Source: Octopus bimaculoides (lineage: Eukaryota). From it: a DNA stretch of 64,000 nt. This document shows, piece after piece, positions 14,739 to 27,738 of this stretch. The stretch is from the NCBI RefSeq assembly GCF_001194135.2, contig NC_068981.1:146761392-146825391 (forward strand). Direction: 5' to 3'. The first letter of the stretch is position 1, and every line of letters begins with the position of its first letter. The notes below the pieces were generated by a model. That model ran no database searches. It was not told the origin of the DNA and worked only from the letters and a program-made list of their open reading frames with translations. A program made the translations under genes and the position numbers.

Positions 14739-14772
<34 letters not shown>

Positions 14773-15104
14773 TTGTATGCATGTACATATGTCATCCTAT
14801 GTGATAAAATGCAAAGTGTGTCCCTATCGGTCATGCTGTAGACAAAGAAAAGTAAAACGGATGGCAGTGAGAGATGCTAAAGCATGTGGACAACATTTAA
14901 AGGCTTTACTCCGAAGATGCTAAGGCGAGAAGAGTAAAACAACAAATAGAGTGACAGTGAGTGACAGTGAGAGGCAGCTGACTGCAGGCAAACTGTAGTA
15001 AGCTCTGAAGTCACCAGTATTTTAATGAAAATGAAATTTAATTTTTATCATAATTTATATTTATCAATTTCACATACACACACTCCACAGTAGCATATAT
15101 ATGT

Positions 15105-15135
<31 letters not shown>

Positions 15136-16039
15136 NNNNNNNNNNNNNNNNNNNNNNNNNNNNNNNNNNNNNNNNNNNNNNNNNNNNNNNNNNNNNNNNN
15201 NNNNNNNNNNNNNNNNNNNNNNNNNNNNNNNNNNNGGATTAATCAATATGCAGATAATACAAAAATAACCTAATGAGAATATCTGACAGTAAACTCATGG
15301 TATCAGTTTGCACATCACGAAATAATGCTTAAAGGATATAAGCAAAATTACCAGTTGGGTATATAATATATTTAATTATATCATACTTTAGTTAATACTT
15401 ATATTTATTGAATATGAAGGAACTACACGTCTTCAGGTTCTATTTCAAAATATTATATATCTAATTTTACACCCCTTTAAAAATAAGCAATACTATTAAG
15501 CATTAAAGATTAAAAATTACGAATTAAAAATTAAGAATAAAAATTATACTTTGTAATATTAAGAATTAAAATTTATAAATTATACATTATAAATATGAAT
15601 TAGTGTATATATCAATCATGTAAAATCAAGTATACATCAAATACAGAATGTGAGATATAAGATTAAACATCAGAATAAAAAATGTCTGTGTTTATTTGTG
15701 ATATATAACATGAAAAATTCAAATACATATCTTCCTTTTTTTGCTGGTACTAAAATAGTGATTTGAGGAAGAAGATAGCAGCAAACTATGGGTGATTAGT
15801 GCCAAGTGGGGTAATTACACTATACATAGTTTTAATTTAAATTATCCTCTATTATTATTTTCAAATTTACCTATATTGGGAGGTATGTCTAATTTGTTAT
15901 TATATAATTTTAGTAAAATTTAATTCATATATTTATTTTATTTAAATTATTGCATTATTTATTTTTTATTTATATAGTTTAATCAAGTGCTTTAGAAATA
16001 AAATTATGTGGTTGTTTGATTCGGGGGTTGGGGGTTCAG

Positions 16040-16600
16040 TACTTCATTTTACTAAATGTAAAATTACTTCGGTGCTTACATTTAACTCCTCCTTTATCAT
16101 GTGTGCTTAGTAATTCATCTCTAGACTGTAGTAGTTTCATAAATTCAGTTATGCATAATAAACACATTTTATTCCCAATATTATAGGAGTGGGCTCTACC
16201 TATAATACTCCAATTAAGGATCTACTCTCTTTTTCTAGATTTTAATTCCCATATATATTTACTTAAGCCTTTAGACTTACTTAAATTGGGATTTTTAAAG
16301 GTCTGGTACTATTGGGATATTCTTTTTTTAATTTCATTAGCTGTTGATCCAATATAAGCCTTATTTATAATTTTATTATTATTGTTCTTAGAGTTAACTA
16401 TACATTTATAAATTACATTATCTATATTACAATTATTAGAGAGCTTACATTTAGTCTTATCATGACATGAACATTTTTCTATGGGTCGATTAAGTTTTCT
16501 ATCACTATTGGTTATATTATGGCTAGAGCTATTATTTATTATGCTATAATTATTTAATTTCTTATTATTTATAGAGGGAATGATATAGCCTACATTTCTC
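16040..16600 (-). mobile_element. Penelope-like element, GIY-YIG endonuclease relic
   Basis: ORF 16309..16644: CSCHDKTKCKLSNNCNIDNVIYKCIV...KAYIGSTANEIKKRISQ. Continues past a stop as LSKYIWELK...WSIIGRAHSYNIGNKMCLLCITEF. Confidence 0.85.
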
Positions 16601-16602
16601 GA

Positions 16603-16644
<42 letters not shown>

Positions 16645-17342
16645 TCACACAACCACACACATACATATACATACACACATAAATATACATATATACGTAT
16701 GAATATGTACATATGCACTCACACACACACATGCACACACAAATGCACACACAAACACATACATATATACATACAAGGCACAAGTGCAGCTGTGTGGTTA
16801 ATAAGTGCTTTCCAATCACATGGTTTGGGTTTAGTGGCACCCCGGGCTTTTATGGAGCTCCAAGGTAGTGAGAGCCTTGTGAATGGATTTGTTAAACAGA
16901 AACCGAAAATGGGGGGGTGTTTGTGTTTGTGTGTGTGCTGACATCCCTGTCATATACATGTCTTGACATCACATCACAGTTGTAAATGAATGTCACCGTC
17001 ATACAAGCTGCGTCATTCCTTTGCAATATTCTGCAAAAATATGGTCATAGGGAAATAATATCTTGTTCAGAAGTAGGTGAGAACCAGTGGCAGGAAGGAC
17101 ATCTGGTCATACAAAATCTGCCTCAATAAAACTGTTTGACCCATGCATGTATGGAAAAGTAGATGTTATAAGGATGATATATTATATATTTCTTTATTGC
17201 CTACAGGGGACTTAAACACAAATTGAACAAACAAGGACAGACAAAGGGATTATATATATATATATACACACATACATATATATATATATATATCATCATC
17301 ATCGTTTAACATCCATTTTACAAGCTGGCATGGTTTTGACGG

Positions 17343-17400
<58 letters not shown>

Positions 17401-17402
<2 letters not shown>

Positions 17403-18230
17403 CAACGGGCCCAGATGGACTCCCAGCTGTTCTCTTGTTCTCTTAAAGACATGTAAAAAGGCTCTTGCAAAGCCACTGCAGACACTCTTTCAGAGTTTCC
17501 TTGCCTGTGGTAAACTTCCCAACATGTTAAAAGTGGGTATAATATGCCCTGTCCATAAAGGAGGGAGCAGAGCAGATACTAAAAACCACAGGCCCATCTC
17601 TCTGACCTCACATGTTAGCAAGACAATGAAACGCATTGTCAGAAAAAGGATGATCACATTCGTAGAAGAAAACAACCTTCTTACAAACACGCAACATGGC
17701 TTCTGTCTAGGAAGGAGCTGCCTCACACAGTTGCTGCAACACTTTGACTAGTTACTGAAGCAACAGCTAAATCAGTCAGCTGTAGATGTGATATACCTCG
17801 ACTTCGCCAATATATATCACAAGCTGCAAAACCTTGGTATTACTGGGAAACTGGGAGAGTGGCTGAATGATTTTCTGAAGAGCAGGAAGCAGACAGATGT
17901 AGCCAATGGTGCTCACTCTGAAGAGAGAACACTTCTCAACAGAGTCCCACAGGGAACTGTACTGGAGCCCCTACTATTTGTAGTGGCCCTCTCAGACATG
18001 TCCTCCATGGTACAGTCAGCCAACCTGACCAGTTACGCTGACAACACAAAACTATCGCAGGCAGTTAGGAACCAAGAGGACATCATAAAACTGCAGAAAG
18101 ACCTAAAAGAAATCTACAAATGGGATAAAATAACATGTAGTTCAATGCTATGAAATTTCAGGCACTCCACTATTGGTCCAACACCAGGCTAAAATCAAAA
18201 TGCACTGGACCAGAAGTCTCTCTCTTGTTG
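17401..18230 (+). mobile_element. LINE reverse transcriptase relic (CR1/Jockey-like)
   Basis: ORFs 17524..17751 and 17788..18153: RPISLTS, QHGF..GRSCLTQLL, IYLDFA, VPQGTVLEPLLF, YADNTK. Confidence 0.92.
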
Positions 18231-19781
18231 CTCACACGTGACCATCGTCCATCTTTCTCTTCCTTACATGATCATCTTTCTTTTCTTTCAGGGCTATCCT
18301 AAGGACAGCACATATCCTATCTCTCTCTTCTATCTTTTCTCTTGTCAAAGAAAATATTTCTCCGGTGTTCACTATTTTATCCTCGTTCTGGTCTAACGAC
18401 CCTCCATGTTTGTTTTCATTCAGCTTCCTTGTATGTCTCCACTGTCTTGTTTTTGTTCCCAACTTTGACCTTCCATAAATCCCAAATTTTATTTTGGTAC
18501 TTATGGGAGCAACTGTCCTCGAAGACTCATAATGTCATTCAATGCTCAAAATGAGGAGTAGATAGACAGCCGACACCTGATGAAGGATTGTTCTTTATGT
18601 TACTTGTCCTGTTTTCCATTTGCTTTTCTCGTTGTTTGTGTATTGAACTCATTCGTTTTTATATTTCATGTTGTTTACTGTTTGTGACGTCCTGTACCCA
18701 TATATGCATGTGTGTGTGTATATATANNNNNNNNNNNNNNNNNNNNNNNNNNNNNNNNNNNNNNNNNNNNNNNNNNNNNNNNNNNNNNNNNNNNNNNNNN
18801 NNNNNNNNNNNNNNNNNNNNNNNNNNNNNNNNNNNNNNNNNNNNNNNNNNNNNNNNNNNNNNNNNNNNNNNNNNNNNNNNNNNNNNNNNNNNNNNNNNNN
18901 NNNNNNNNNNNNNNNNNNNNNNNNNNNNNNNNNNNNNNNNNNNNNNNNNNNNNNNNNNNNNNNNNNNNNNNNNNNNNNNNNNNNNNNNNNNNNNNNNNNN
19001 NNNNNNNNNNNNNNNNNNNNNNNNNNNNNNNNNNNNNNNNNNNNNNNNNNNNNNNNNNNNNNNNNNNNNNNNNNNNNNNNNNNNNNNNNNNNNNNNNNNN
19101 ATATATATATATATATATATATACATATGACCAGCTTCTTTCAGTTTCCCTCTACCAAATCCACTCACAAGGCTTTGGTCGTCCCAAGGCTATAGTAGAA
19201 GACACTTGTCCAAGGTGCCACATAGTGGGACTAAACCTGGGACCATGTGGTTGGAAAGCAAGCTTCTTACCACACAGCTACACCTACACACACACAAACA
19301 CACACACATACATGTACATATAAATATATATGTAAGTATATATGCAACAGGATTCTTTTCAGTTTCCACCAACCAAATTCACTTGCAAGGAGTTACAAAT
19401 ATGGGCAATAAGATTGAACCTGAAACCAAATGATCGCAAAGCAATACTCTTAACCATATAACCATACTTGTACCTATGCAATCATGCCTGTACCTACTAC
19501 AGCCATGTGTGCAGCTGTAAAAATATTTGTTTCGTTTATATGTAAAACAGACAAAAGTAAAACAAGTAAGCAATCTTAGGAGAATGAATGCTCAGTGAGG
19601 ACAAAAGAAGGAATAGATAAACAAGTACTTTAAGCAAGATAGTAAATAAATTATAGACATCAAGATTAGTAAGAAATTCAAGTCAGTAAATCAAAGCAAA
19701 AGCGTATATAAATAAGTAACTATTGACATTTCATACATATCCAGTTTTCATTAAAATATGAAATGAGTCTTCAATTTTTAC

Positions 19782-20028
19782 CTGGATTCTTTTAACACTT
19801 GATTTGGCCTCACTGAAATCTCTAATAGCAATAAATATAAAAACAAGCATATTTTCTGCAAGCAAGCGTATCAGAGGTATGAAAGTGAAAAGAGGTTCAG
19901 GCAATAGCCTATTTCCAACCATATGTATTATCAGAATTGTCATATAAACAATAAAGTAATGAGCATCCATAGAGCATACATGGGTGGAACTCAAATATTT
20001 GGTCAGTTTAACATGATGAAGCTCATGT
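19782..20028 (-). CDS. ABCC4: Alternative exon-8 variant B (247 nt; HELHHVKLTKYLSSTHVCSMDAHYFIVYMTILIIHMVGNRLLPEPLFTFIPLIRLLAENMLVFIFIAIRDFSEAKSSVKRIQ)
   Basis: Within ORF 19731..20063. Acceptor cctttgtatttcag|A, donor CAG|gtaaaa. 52/82 residues identical to variant A by ungapped hand count. Confidence 0.9.
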
Positions 20029-20099
20029 CTGAAATACAAAGGAAGTAAAGCAACATAGAACACTATTACTATAGAGATAAAATTAACAAATGTAAAGAT

Positions 20100-20350
20100 A
20101 TACGTATGTAAACTGAAGGGATCTTTGGAGTAAGATCAACAGGACACATAACTCAACCAGGGAGAGAGCTCAACAGGAAGCATAGGTCAGAGACCAGGAT
20201 GTCTCCCCAAGTCAAGCTACCACTTCTCCACATTCAGAGATCACAGCTATGGTACTATGAATATGTGGTTAGAGTGTCACAAAAAAGAATCACAAGAATC
20301 ATCAAGCCAAGCCAACAAGTAGGAGACCTAGGGGTAGACCAAGAAGGAGA
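20100..20350 (+). mobile_element. RTE ORF2 C-terminal fragment between the exon-8 remnant and variant B
   Basis: Manual reading LLHIQRSQLWYYEYVVRV, followed by aggagacctaggggtagaccaagaagg (RRPRGRPRR-like). Confidence 0.6.
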
Positions 20351-20505
20351 TTAAAAAAAAAATTTTTTATGTTATCTAGTTTCAGCTCAAGAGCTGTGGC
20401 CATGCTGGGGCAATATCCATAATCTCATTTGGTCATGCTTGGGAATCCAACTTCTGAAAGGATCTGATAGAAAAGGCACCTCATATCTTTAACCCCTTGA
20501 CCCTC

Positions 20506-20566
20506 CTAGGAATAGTAGGCAGCAAAAATGAGTGAATGGGTGGATAGGATACAATGAAACTCAAGT
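20506..20566 (-). pseudogene. Truncated exon-8 remnant: duplicated acceptor plus the first ~18 nt of the exon, then unrelated sequence to an in-frame TAG
   Basis: Reads ctccctttgtgtttcag|ACTTGAGTTTCATTGTAT, versus variant A cttcctttgtatttcag|ACTTGAGCTTCATTATAT. The adjoining intron 20567-~20885 is visibly homologous to 27986-~28345. Confidence 0.8.
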
Positions 20567-21222
20567 CTGAAACACAAAGGGAGTAAAACATAGCAAAATA
20601 TTTTATCATATAGATGAAATTAACAAAATTAAAAATATTACTGGCTAATAAATGTTATATCATTATTAGCAAAGCTTATCAGAAGCCAATTTAGAATGCC
20701 ACCACAATTGAAACTATTTTGATACACCAGGGGATGCTTGGCCAATAACTTGATAAAGTACATCTGCTTAGTAAGTCTGCATTCCATGAAATAGTTATGT
20801 GGTGAACAACTGAAGCATAGTTAAGAGTATGTGAAAGAAATGTTTGTAAAATTTGCTGAACTTTTATAGGTTTGGTAGATCATGTTATCTCTGATTCAGC
20901 TGACCTATGATTAACGGTATCTTAACTGTGATTATCCTATTTATTTCTGAAGCTCTGGGTAGAAGGACTGACCACAGCGGTTAGTGTAGGGCTGGAGATT
21001 AGACACAAGTGTGATGAGAGCAGGAAAGACAAGTGGGTCAGAAGTACCTAAGTGGAGGTAGCATGAACCCAACAAGTTCCAAGGATCGGAAACCAATTTT
21101 GTAACTGTAGAAAAGGTAGAGAAAGGAGACTTCATGCTTGTGGGCCAGAGGCTGGAATGTGATTGTGAGTGACTTTATGTAAATCATTCCAACAGCTCTT
21201 TTCTGAATGTGGTCTTGTGTGT

Positions 21223-21453
21223 TATTTCTTTACTACCCACAAGGGGCTACACACTGAGGGGACAAACAAGGACAGACAAACGGATTAAGTCGATTATATC
21301 GACCCCAGTGCATAACTGGTACTTATTTAATCGATCCCGTAAGGATGAAAGGCAAAGTCAACCTCGGCGGAATTTGAACTCAGAACGTAGCGGCAGACGA
21401 AATACTACTAAGCATTTCGCCAGGCGTGCTAACGTTTCTGCCAGCTCATCACC
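21223..21453 (-). mobile_element. SINE of a second abundant family (copies at ~7215-7375, 10785-10990, 22590-22712, 38487-38702, 43077-43292, 47870-48245, 62985-63180)
   Basis: Recurrent core aactggtacttattttat(c/t)gaccc...ggatgaaaggcaaagtcaacctc(g/a)gc(g/a)gaatttgaactcagaa...aagcatttt. Confidence 0.85.
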
Positions 21454-21464
21454 ATGTGGTCGTG

Positions 21465-21554
<90 letters not shown>

Positions 21555-21599
21555 TGCGTACGTGTGTGTGAGTGTGTGTGTGTGTGTGTGCACGCATGC

Positions 21600-22340
21600 A
21601 CAAGAGCAGCTTCACAGATATGAAGGTATTACTCCACAGTGGGTCTCACTTATGCTTTATAGAATGTTGATAGTTGTTGGGAGCTGAAAATCTTCTCGCT
21701 CTGAAGAGAACAGCTAGTAATAAGATACAGGCCTAAGAGTGTGTAGGCTGAGATTTTATGTTTGGAAGAGATTTACTGAGTGTGCACAGTATGGAGTTGG
21801 TTGCAAAGTGAGCAGCAAAGGTGGAAGCTATCATTGTGGTGTCAAGATTACATGTAGATAATGCATGGATGAGGAAGATTATGGGACAACGAAGATAAGT
21901 ATCATTTACATAAGGATAAGTGACGTTGGATGTGATGATGGTAAGAAGGTCATTGATATGGAGAAGGAATAGAGTGGAAGACAAGACTAATCCTTGGGGA
22001 ACCATCAGAGTTGATAGAACAAGAGACATAAAAAGCTCTGTCAATATACACTGAAATAGTGTGATCTGACAGAAAGCAACTGAACCAAGAGATGAAAGAT
22101 GGGTTTAGCCCAAAGACAGGCACTTTCAATAAGAGATTTGCATTCTAGGCATGGTCAAAAACATTTCTGATGTTGCGGATGACAACACTGCTTCCACTAA
22201 ATTTCTTCAAAGTGAGAACCCACTGAGAAGTAGGTTAGCAGTGGATATGGCTGTTCTGCTCATGGTCATTAGAGTGAGAAGTATGATAGGGGAACAGAGA
22301 GAAGAGAAAGGGATTCAAGGAGCTGAAGAACATTTTTGTT
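21600..22340 (-). mobile_element. LINE RT relic (Jockey-like), heavily decayed
   Basis: VPQGLVLSSTLFLLHINDLL in ORF 21733..22044, with downstream frameshifted FYKA*VRPTVE. Confidence 0.75.
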
Positions 22341-25325
22341 AATAGATGTCTCCACTAGAAGTGAGTACAACTATGTGATAGTTGCTTTCTTTGTAGCCTG
22401 TTTCCAAAGATCAGAATAATCCTAGTAGAAAGTAAGATATAGGATGTAAATCTACAAACTTTGAAGGAAAGGAGAGAAAATTGCTCAAAAGATTATTTTG
22501 GGTTTTTGCCAATTGAAGAAGAGTAGGGAGATAATTCATTGCTTGATCATGGCAACCTTCTGCCAGAGGACAGACCAAATGCTTGCTACAGAGCAAACAC
22601 CATTTAAGGCAAAGTTGACCTTGGTGGAATTTGAACCCAGAATGTGAAGGTGGACGAAATACCACTAAGCATTTCACCCAGCATGCTAATGATTCTGCCA
22701 ACTCACTGTCTTAATAATAGTAGTAATAATAATAACAGTAATGATAGCTGTAGTAGCAATAGTAGGAACAATAGGAACAAGAGCAGCAGTAACAGTATTA
22801 GTAATAGTATCAGTAGTTGTAGCAGCAGCAGAAGTAGCAGTGGTAATGGTATCAGTAGCAGAAGACACCAGTATATCTGTTTGTTTAATGAATTTTGTGT
22901 AGTCTATTTTCAACCAACTTATTTCTTGATTTACATTAAACTTTCTGATATTCAGTTGCAAATGTTGATGAGGAGCAACTAAAGGATGTATCCACTTCAA
23001 TGTTGTTGTCATACATCGTTGTTGATTTACTTAGGTGAATATCATGCAATAACAGGGAATAATTCAGGCAGATAAACAAAAAGTTAAGGTAGTGACACTG
23101 TTGAGAGAATCAGAGGCCGGCAGTGAGTAGGGATTTGGTGGTAAAATAAAACAAAACCATCTTGGATTGTAATTATATAGGAAATTATCAAGGATTGATT
23201 CAGATTTTAAAGATGGAAATTAGATATTCAGCAGTAGATGAAAACAAAACAAAAAAAAAAAAAAACATTACATTAGTAATCTGATTGGTAGATGTTTACT
23301 TGGGTCAGTAATTAGTTAATATCATAGTTAATAAACAATAAGATTCTGGTTTATTGCCTATAAGCAACAAACCAATTAGGCAAATTTTCGCCATTTGTGG
23401 AAAACAATACATCTGGTGCTGAGATTACTGTTACATTTCAGGATAAGATAATATACAGTGGTTGAACATGTGTGGATTGAGAAGTGAAGGATCAGTTGTA
23501 TTTACTATATGGCATTGTTTTATTTTGATTTCTTTGTGATTAAAAGAATACTACACTCTTCTGCTTGTCTCAATTATTCAGGATAATTTTGTGTGTAGTA
23601 ATTACATGGAATGCATGTAGTGTGAGCATTTGTTAAAATGGGTCTGTTTTGTTTTGTTTATAATCAAAGGAACGTTAGTAAAATAGAACCACTTTCTTCA
23701 CAACATTATAACTTGAAGAGATTATACATTTAAAATATTATTTTATTAAATATATATATTATAGTATAGATGTGTAAAAACCAAAACTTCCTTTTTTAGA
23801 GCTGAGATTCGAAACCGAATCTAAGGATTCTCACTCATCTGATCTACCACTGGCCAAACAGGGGCAAAAGAAATTTCTTTGTCCTGTCAAAAAATGTTAG
23901 ATAGTTTCCCTTCGACCTTAGCCATGTCATTTAAGGTTCAAGTGGACAGGAGGTGACCTACATAGGTAGGAATTTCTCCTGTGGTATGTCTGCCCTTCTA
24001 GCTGTCATGATCATTATAAATACAGCAATCCATCAAGGAAAGCAGACAGAGACAGACGGAGAGAGAGAGATAGCCATGAGACAGCCAGCCAGTAACTTCA
24101 CCAGTTAAACAGATATTCAACATGAATGACAGTAGCAGTCACAGAACATAAACAGACACCACTGAATGACCAATGCACACACAGACGCAAAATATGTCCA
24201 GTTCTACCCTATCATGTCAACACAGTATTTACCCTGTTAATTTCCTTTCGACCAGCTGGAAGCAGTTCATAATGTGATATAGTGAAATATTTGGTGTATA
24301 CAACAAGTAAATGCAAGTGTCATTTAAATAAATTATTTAAACGGCAATCCAATGTTTTCCCATTGTTTTACTTTGATATCGTCCACATGCCTATTTCAAC
24401 TGCTACCTCAACATCTTTTGCTACACCTTTCCCACTACAGATGTATTTAATAACAAATCACAGATTCTGTCCATGAAAACGAATTTTAAAAATATTGATT
24501 CAAACGACAGAAGATACAAGTAATTCTCTAAAGTACAGATTTCTATGTTTAAACAGAAATTACAACTGTGTGCAAAAAAAAAAAAACGAAATTTCACAGC
24601 CTAATTCCCCCCACCCCCAATTATTTCCCTTCTCAATATGACCTTTAAGCTAAGACTCTGTATCCTAACTCTAACTGACCTGCACCAGTTCTTCCTAAGA
24701 GAATTTTAATCCTCTACTTTAGGCAAAGGAAAAACACATTCACCATCTTGTTGTTAATGATCCAGAAAACACCTACTTCTGGTGAGGCAAATACTTTCAC
24801 TTTCTTGCAATCTTGGAAACAAAGAAGGGTTGTTTCTTATTTAGAAAACACATCATTGAGAATTGTCAGTGAAATATAAATNNNNNNNNNNNNNNNNNNN
24901 NNNNNNNNNNNNNNNNNNNNNNNNNNNNNNNNNNNNNNNNNNNNNNNNNNNNNNNNNNNNNNNNNNNNNNNNNNNNNNNNNNNNNNNNNNNNNNNNNNNN
25001 NNNNNNNNNNNNNNNNNNNNNNNNNNNNNNNNNNNNNNNNNNNNNNNNNNNNNNNNNNNNNNNNNNNNNNNNNNNNNNNNNNNNNNNNNNNNNNNNNNNN
25101 NNNNNNNNNNNNNNNNNNNNNNNNNNNNNNNNNNNNNNNNNNNNNNNNNNNNNNNNNNNNNNNNNNNNNNNNNNNNNNNNNNNNNNNNNNNNNNNNNNNN
25201 NNNNNNNNNNNNNNNNNGTTATTCTATGCAAAATGGGTGTTTAACAATCCATTAGTTGAAAGCTTTTATTACCACAATGGATGGTTTTACACATGAACAG
25301 AAAACTTATGATAAACTTTTATTAT

Positions 25326-25373
<48 letters not shown>

Positions 25374-25620
25374 CACTGTACCAAAAGCTACACCTGAGCA
25401 GAAACAAAAGATGTAATTATTGTAGTTAGAATCAATTTGAATAAAGTTTTGGTATCTTGAAGCAACTTCCAAAAAGAGAGAAAAATTAAAAGTTTTAAAA
25501 AATAGAAATTTATTTAAAGTAAAAGAAAATCAGAATCACAGCTAAATTTAAAATTCATGCATCTGTAAATATATTCATAAACGCACGCAGAATTTCTTAC
25601 ATATAAAAATTTACTTTCAG

Positions 25621-26002
25621 GTGAAAGTGACACAGCAGATGAAGGAGCTGGTCTAATATGATATCACCCTTTATCCAAGACAGTGGGTGATCAACAAATA
25701 AGATGAAAGTCACATCAATGAACTTTAAACAGATAAATATATCACTGAAATATTTAGAAATGCAAAATCAGAAACATTATATGTAAATTCACAGACAAAT
25801 AATAAAATCAAACTACTGAAGGATGAATTCTGGGATCATGTAACTAGATTGACAGCTTATTCATTCAAGGCTTACTTTTCTCAACAGGATTAGAAACTTA
25901 GCACTTAAAGTATTGTGCTCACCATATTTAGTGCGTTAACAGTTACTTTACTAATTATTTTCAATGCTGATGTCATCCCTGAGTAATTTTTTTTCATTCA
26001 TT
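25621..26002. repeat. ~380-bp direct repeat, second copy at 32373-~32760
   Basis: Long shared stretches such as tatcaccctttatccaagacag, gaactttaaacagataaatatatca and atcaaactactgaaggatg. Confidence 0.9.
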
Positions 26003-27738
26003 ATGCTATGTTTAACACTTTCTTGAGTGTATTACTGTTCATACATAAGGTAATTCTTATATTACAGATCTGGTATGTACAGTAAAGACTTAATGACTAT
26101 GCTTTCATAAGGAGGCCTACTGAGATGTCAGTTAACATGTCTTGTACTGTCACCATGCCAATCAAAGATTAGATTAATTTTTATGTTCAATTCATGCCTA
26201 TTCTTAATTTTAAATTAACTGAGATAATTGTTTTATCAACTCATTTTGATATTTGAAATATATGGCAGAATGCAATGAGATAGAAACAATGGAAGTCCTA
26301 AAATCATGCAAAAAGATCAGGAAAGTAGTGGAACACAGCATCAAAGAAGAAGGAATAAAAGAAAATTTTAAAGACCCAGAATGGCTTAAGAAAGCCACAA
26401 AGATAATCAAAAGAATTGAAGAAACATATGTGGAAATGAGAAGAGAGAAGAGAGATGTGGATGAGGTAAAAACCATTGTGTTAAAATAGCTCACTTTCAA
26501 ATTATGTATTCTCTAAGGATAGTGAAGTAAGCAGTGATAGAATCACAAATCATGTATTACTTTCTTTGACTCAATCTGCTTAGCTGATAATGTTAGTGAT
26601 TCCAATTTCAGGGTTAAGTAATTACCACAGATGGTTGTGTGGTTACGGAGTTCACCTCACAACTGTGTAGTTTTGCATTTAATTCCACTGCACAGCACTT
26701 TGGGCAGGTGTCTTCTAGCTTTGAGTTGACTCAGTACTGTCTTAAGGTATGTTAAAGGCATACTGGGATTGCCGAGGGCTTTGTAGATCTAGGGTCTAAT
26801 CCTGATCTATTATACAGTGGTTTGCTTAAAAAAATAAGTCATTTCGAGCCCAGTGCACTGATTTACCTAGGGGCCTATAATGCTCCTTAGACAGTCATGA
26901 GTTGATCAAAACCATGTGACTGGAATGTGGCAGACAGAAACTGTGCAGTGACCCATTTTGTGTGCATGCATGTGTATTTATGTGCATAAGTTGCACCATT
27001 TCATACAAATGCCAGTAAGAAACACCAAAACAAATGATTCAAATGAAGTCTCTTGGATCAGGTTAGATATTTCTTTGCCATTATCACTGATAGAAAGCAA
27101 GTGATCCAGTGATTGGCTTGTTGGAAAACTGTAAAAAATGATACTGTTGTTTACAAATTGTTATATAAAATGTTAACAAAGCATATCAATTAGGAGAGGC
27201 AGCCAGCTATAAATATATTTGTTTAATTAATTTGTATAAGAATATATAAATTTACAAAAATAAAACCATCTCAGTTAAACAAACTTAAGAAAACGTTTAT
27301 TGAATTATATCAAAAGAAGCACCAGAAAGGCAAGTATTTTAAGCAAGATAGTTAATATACAATAGACACTAAGATTAGCAAGCAACTCCAGTCAGCAAAT
27401 CCAGACAAAAACAACTCAATGATAAGAAGCTGCAGACATCAGTAAAATCTAGTTTCATTAAAAATATTAAGTGCTAAAAATAAAAAGAAACTGCTAGGTG
27501 ATGTTATAAACAGATAAAATGAGTTTGAAATGTGATGTTTTTACACACGATCATGCAAACCAAAGCAAGAAAGAATAGAATAGATATGTAGAGAAAGATA
27601 AAATCTATATCATCAACTAATGAAAGCAAATGAAAACATGAGAATGTGCAGAAAAGTGTCCAACCAAAATGTTACATGCCAAGTAAAGAAGTGTTGTAAT
27701 AATTATAGCAAGCACCAGAAAAAAACATTCCATTTTAC

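Noticed and set aside
26210-26500. Hydrophobic minus-strand ORF ending ...SIVSISLH, superficially like exon 8
   Set aside because: No ELH or RIQ anchors, no suitable acceptor or donor, not 247 nt. The hydrophobicity follows from the purine-rich opposite strand.
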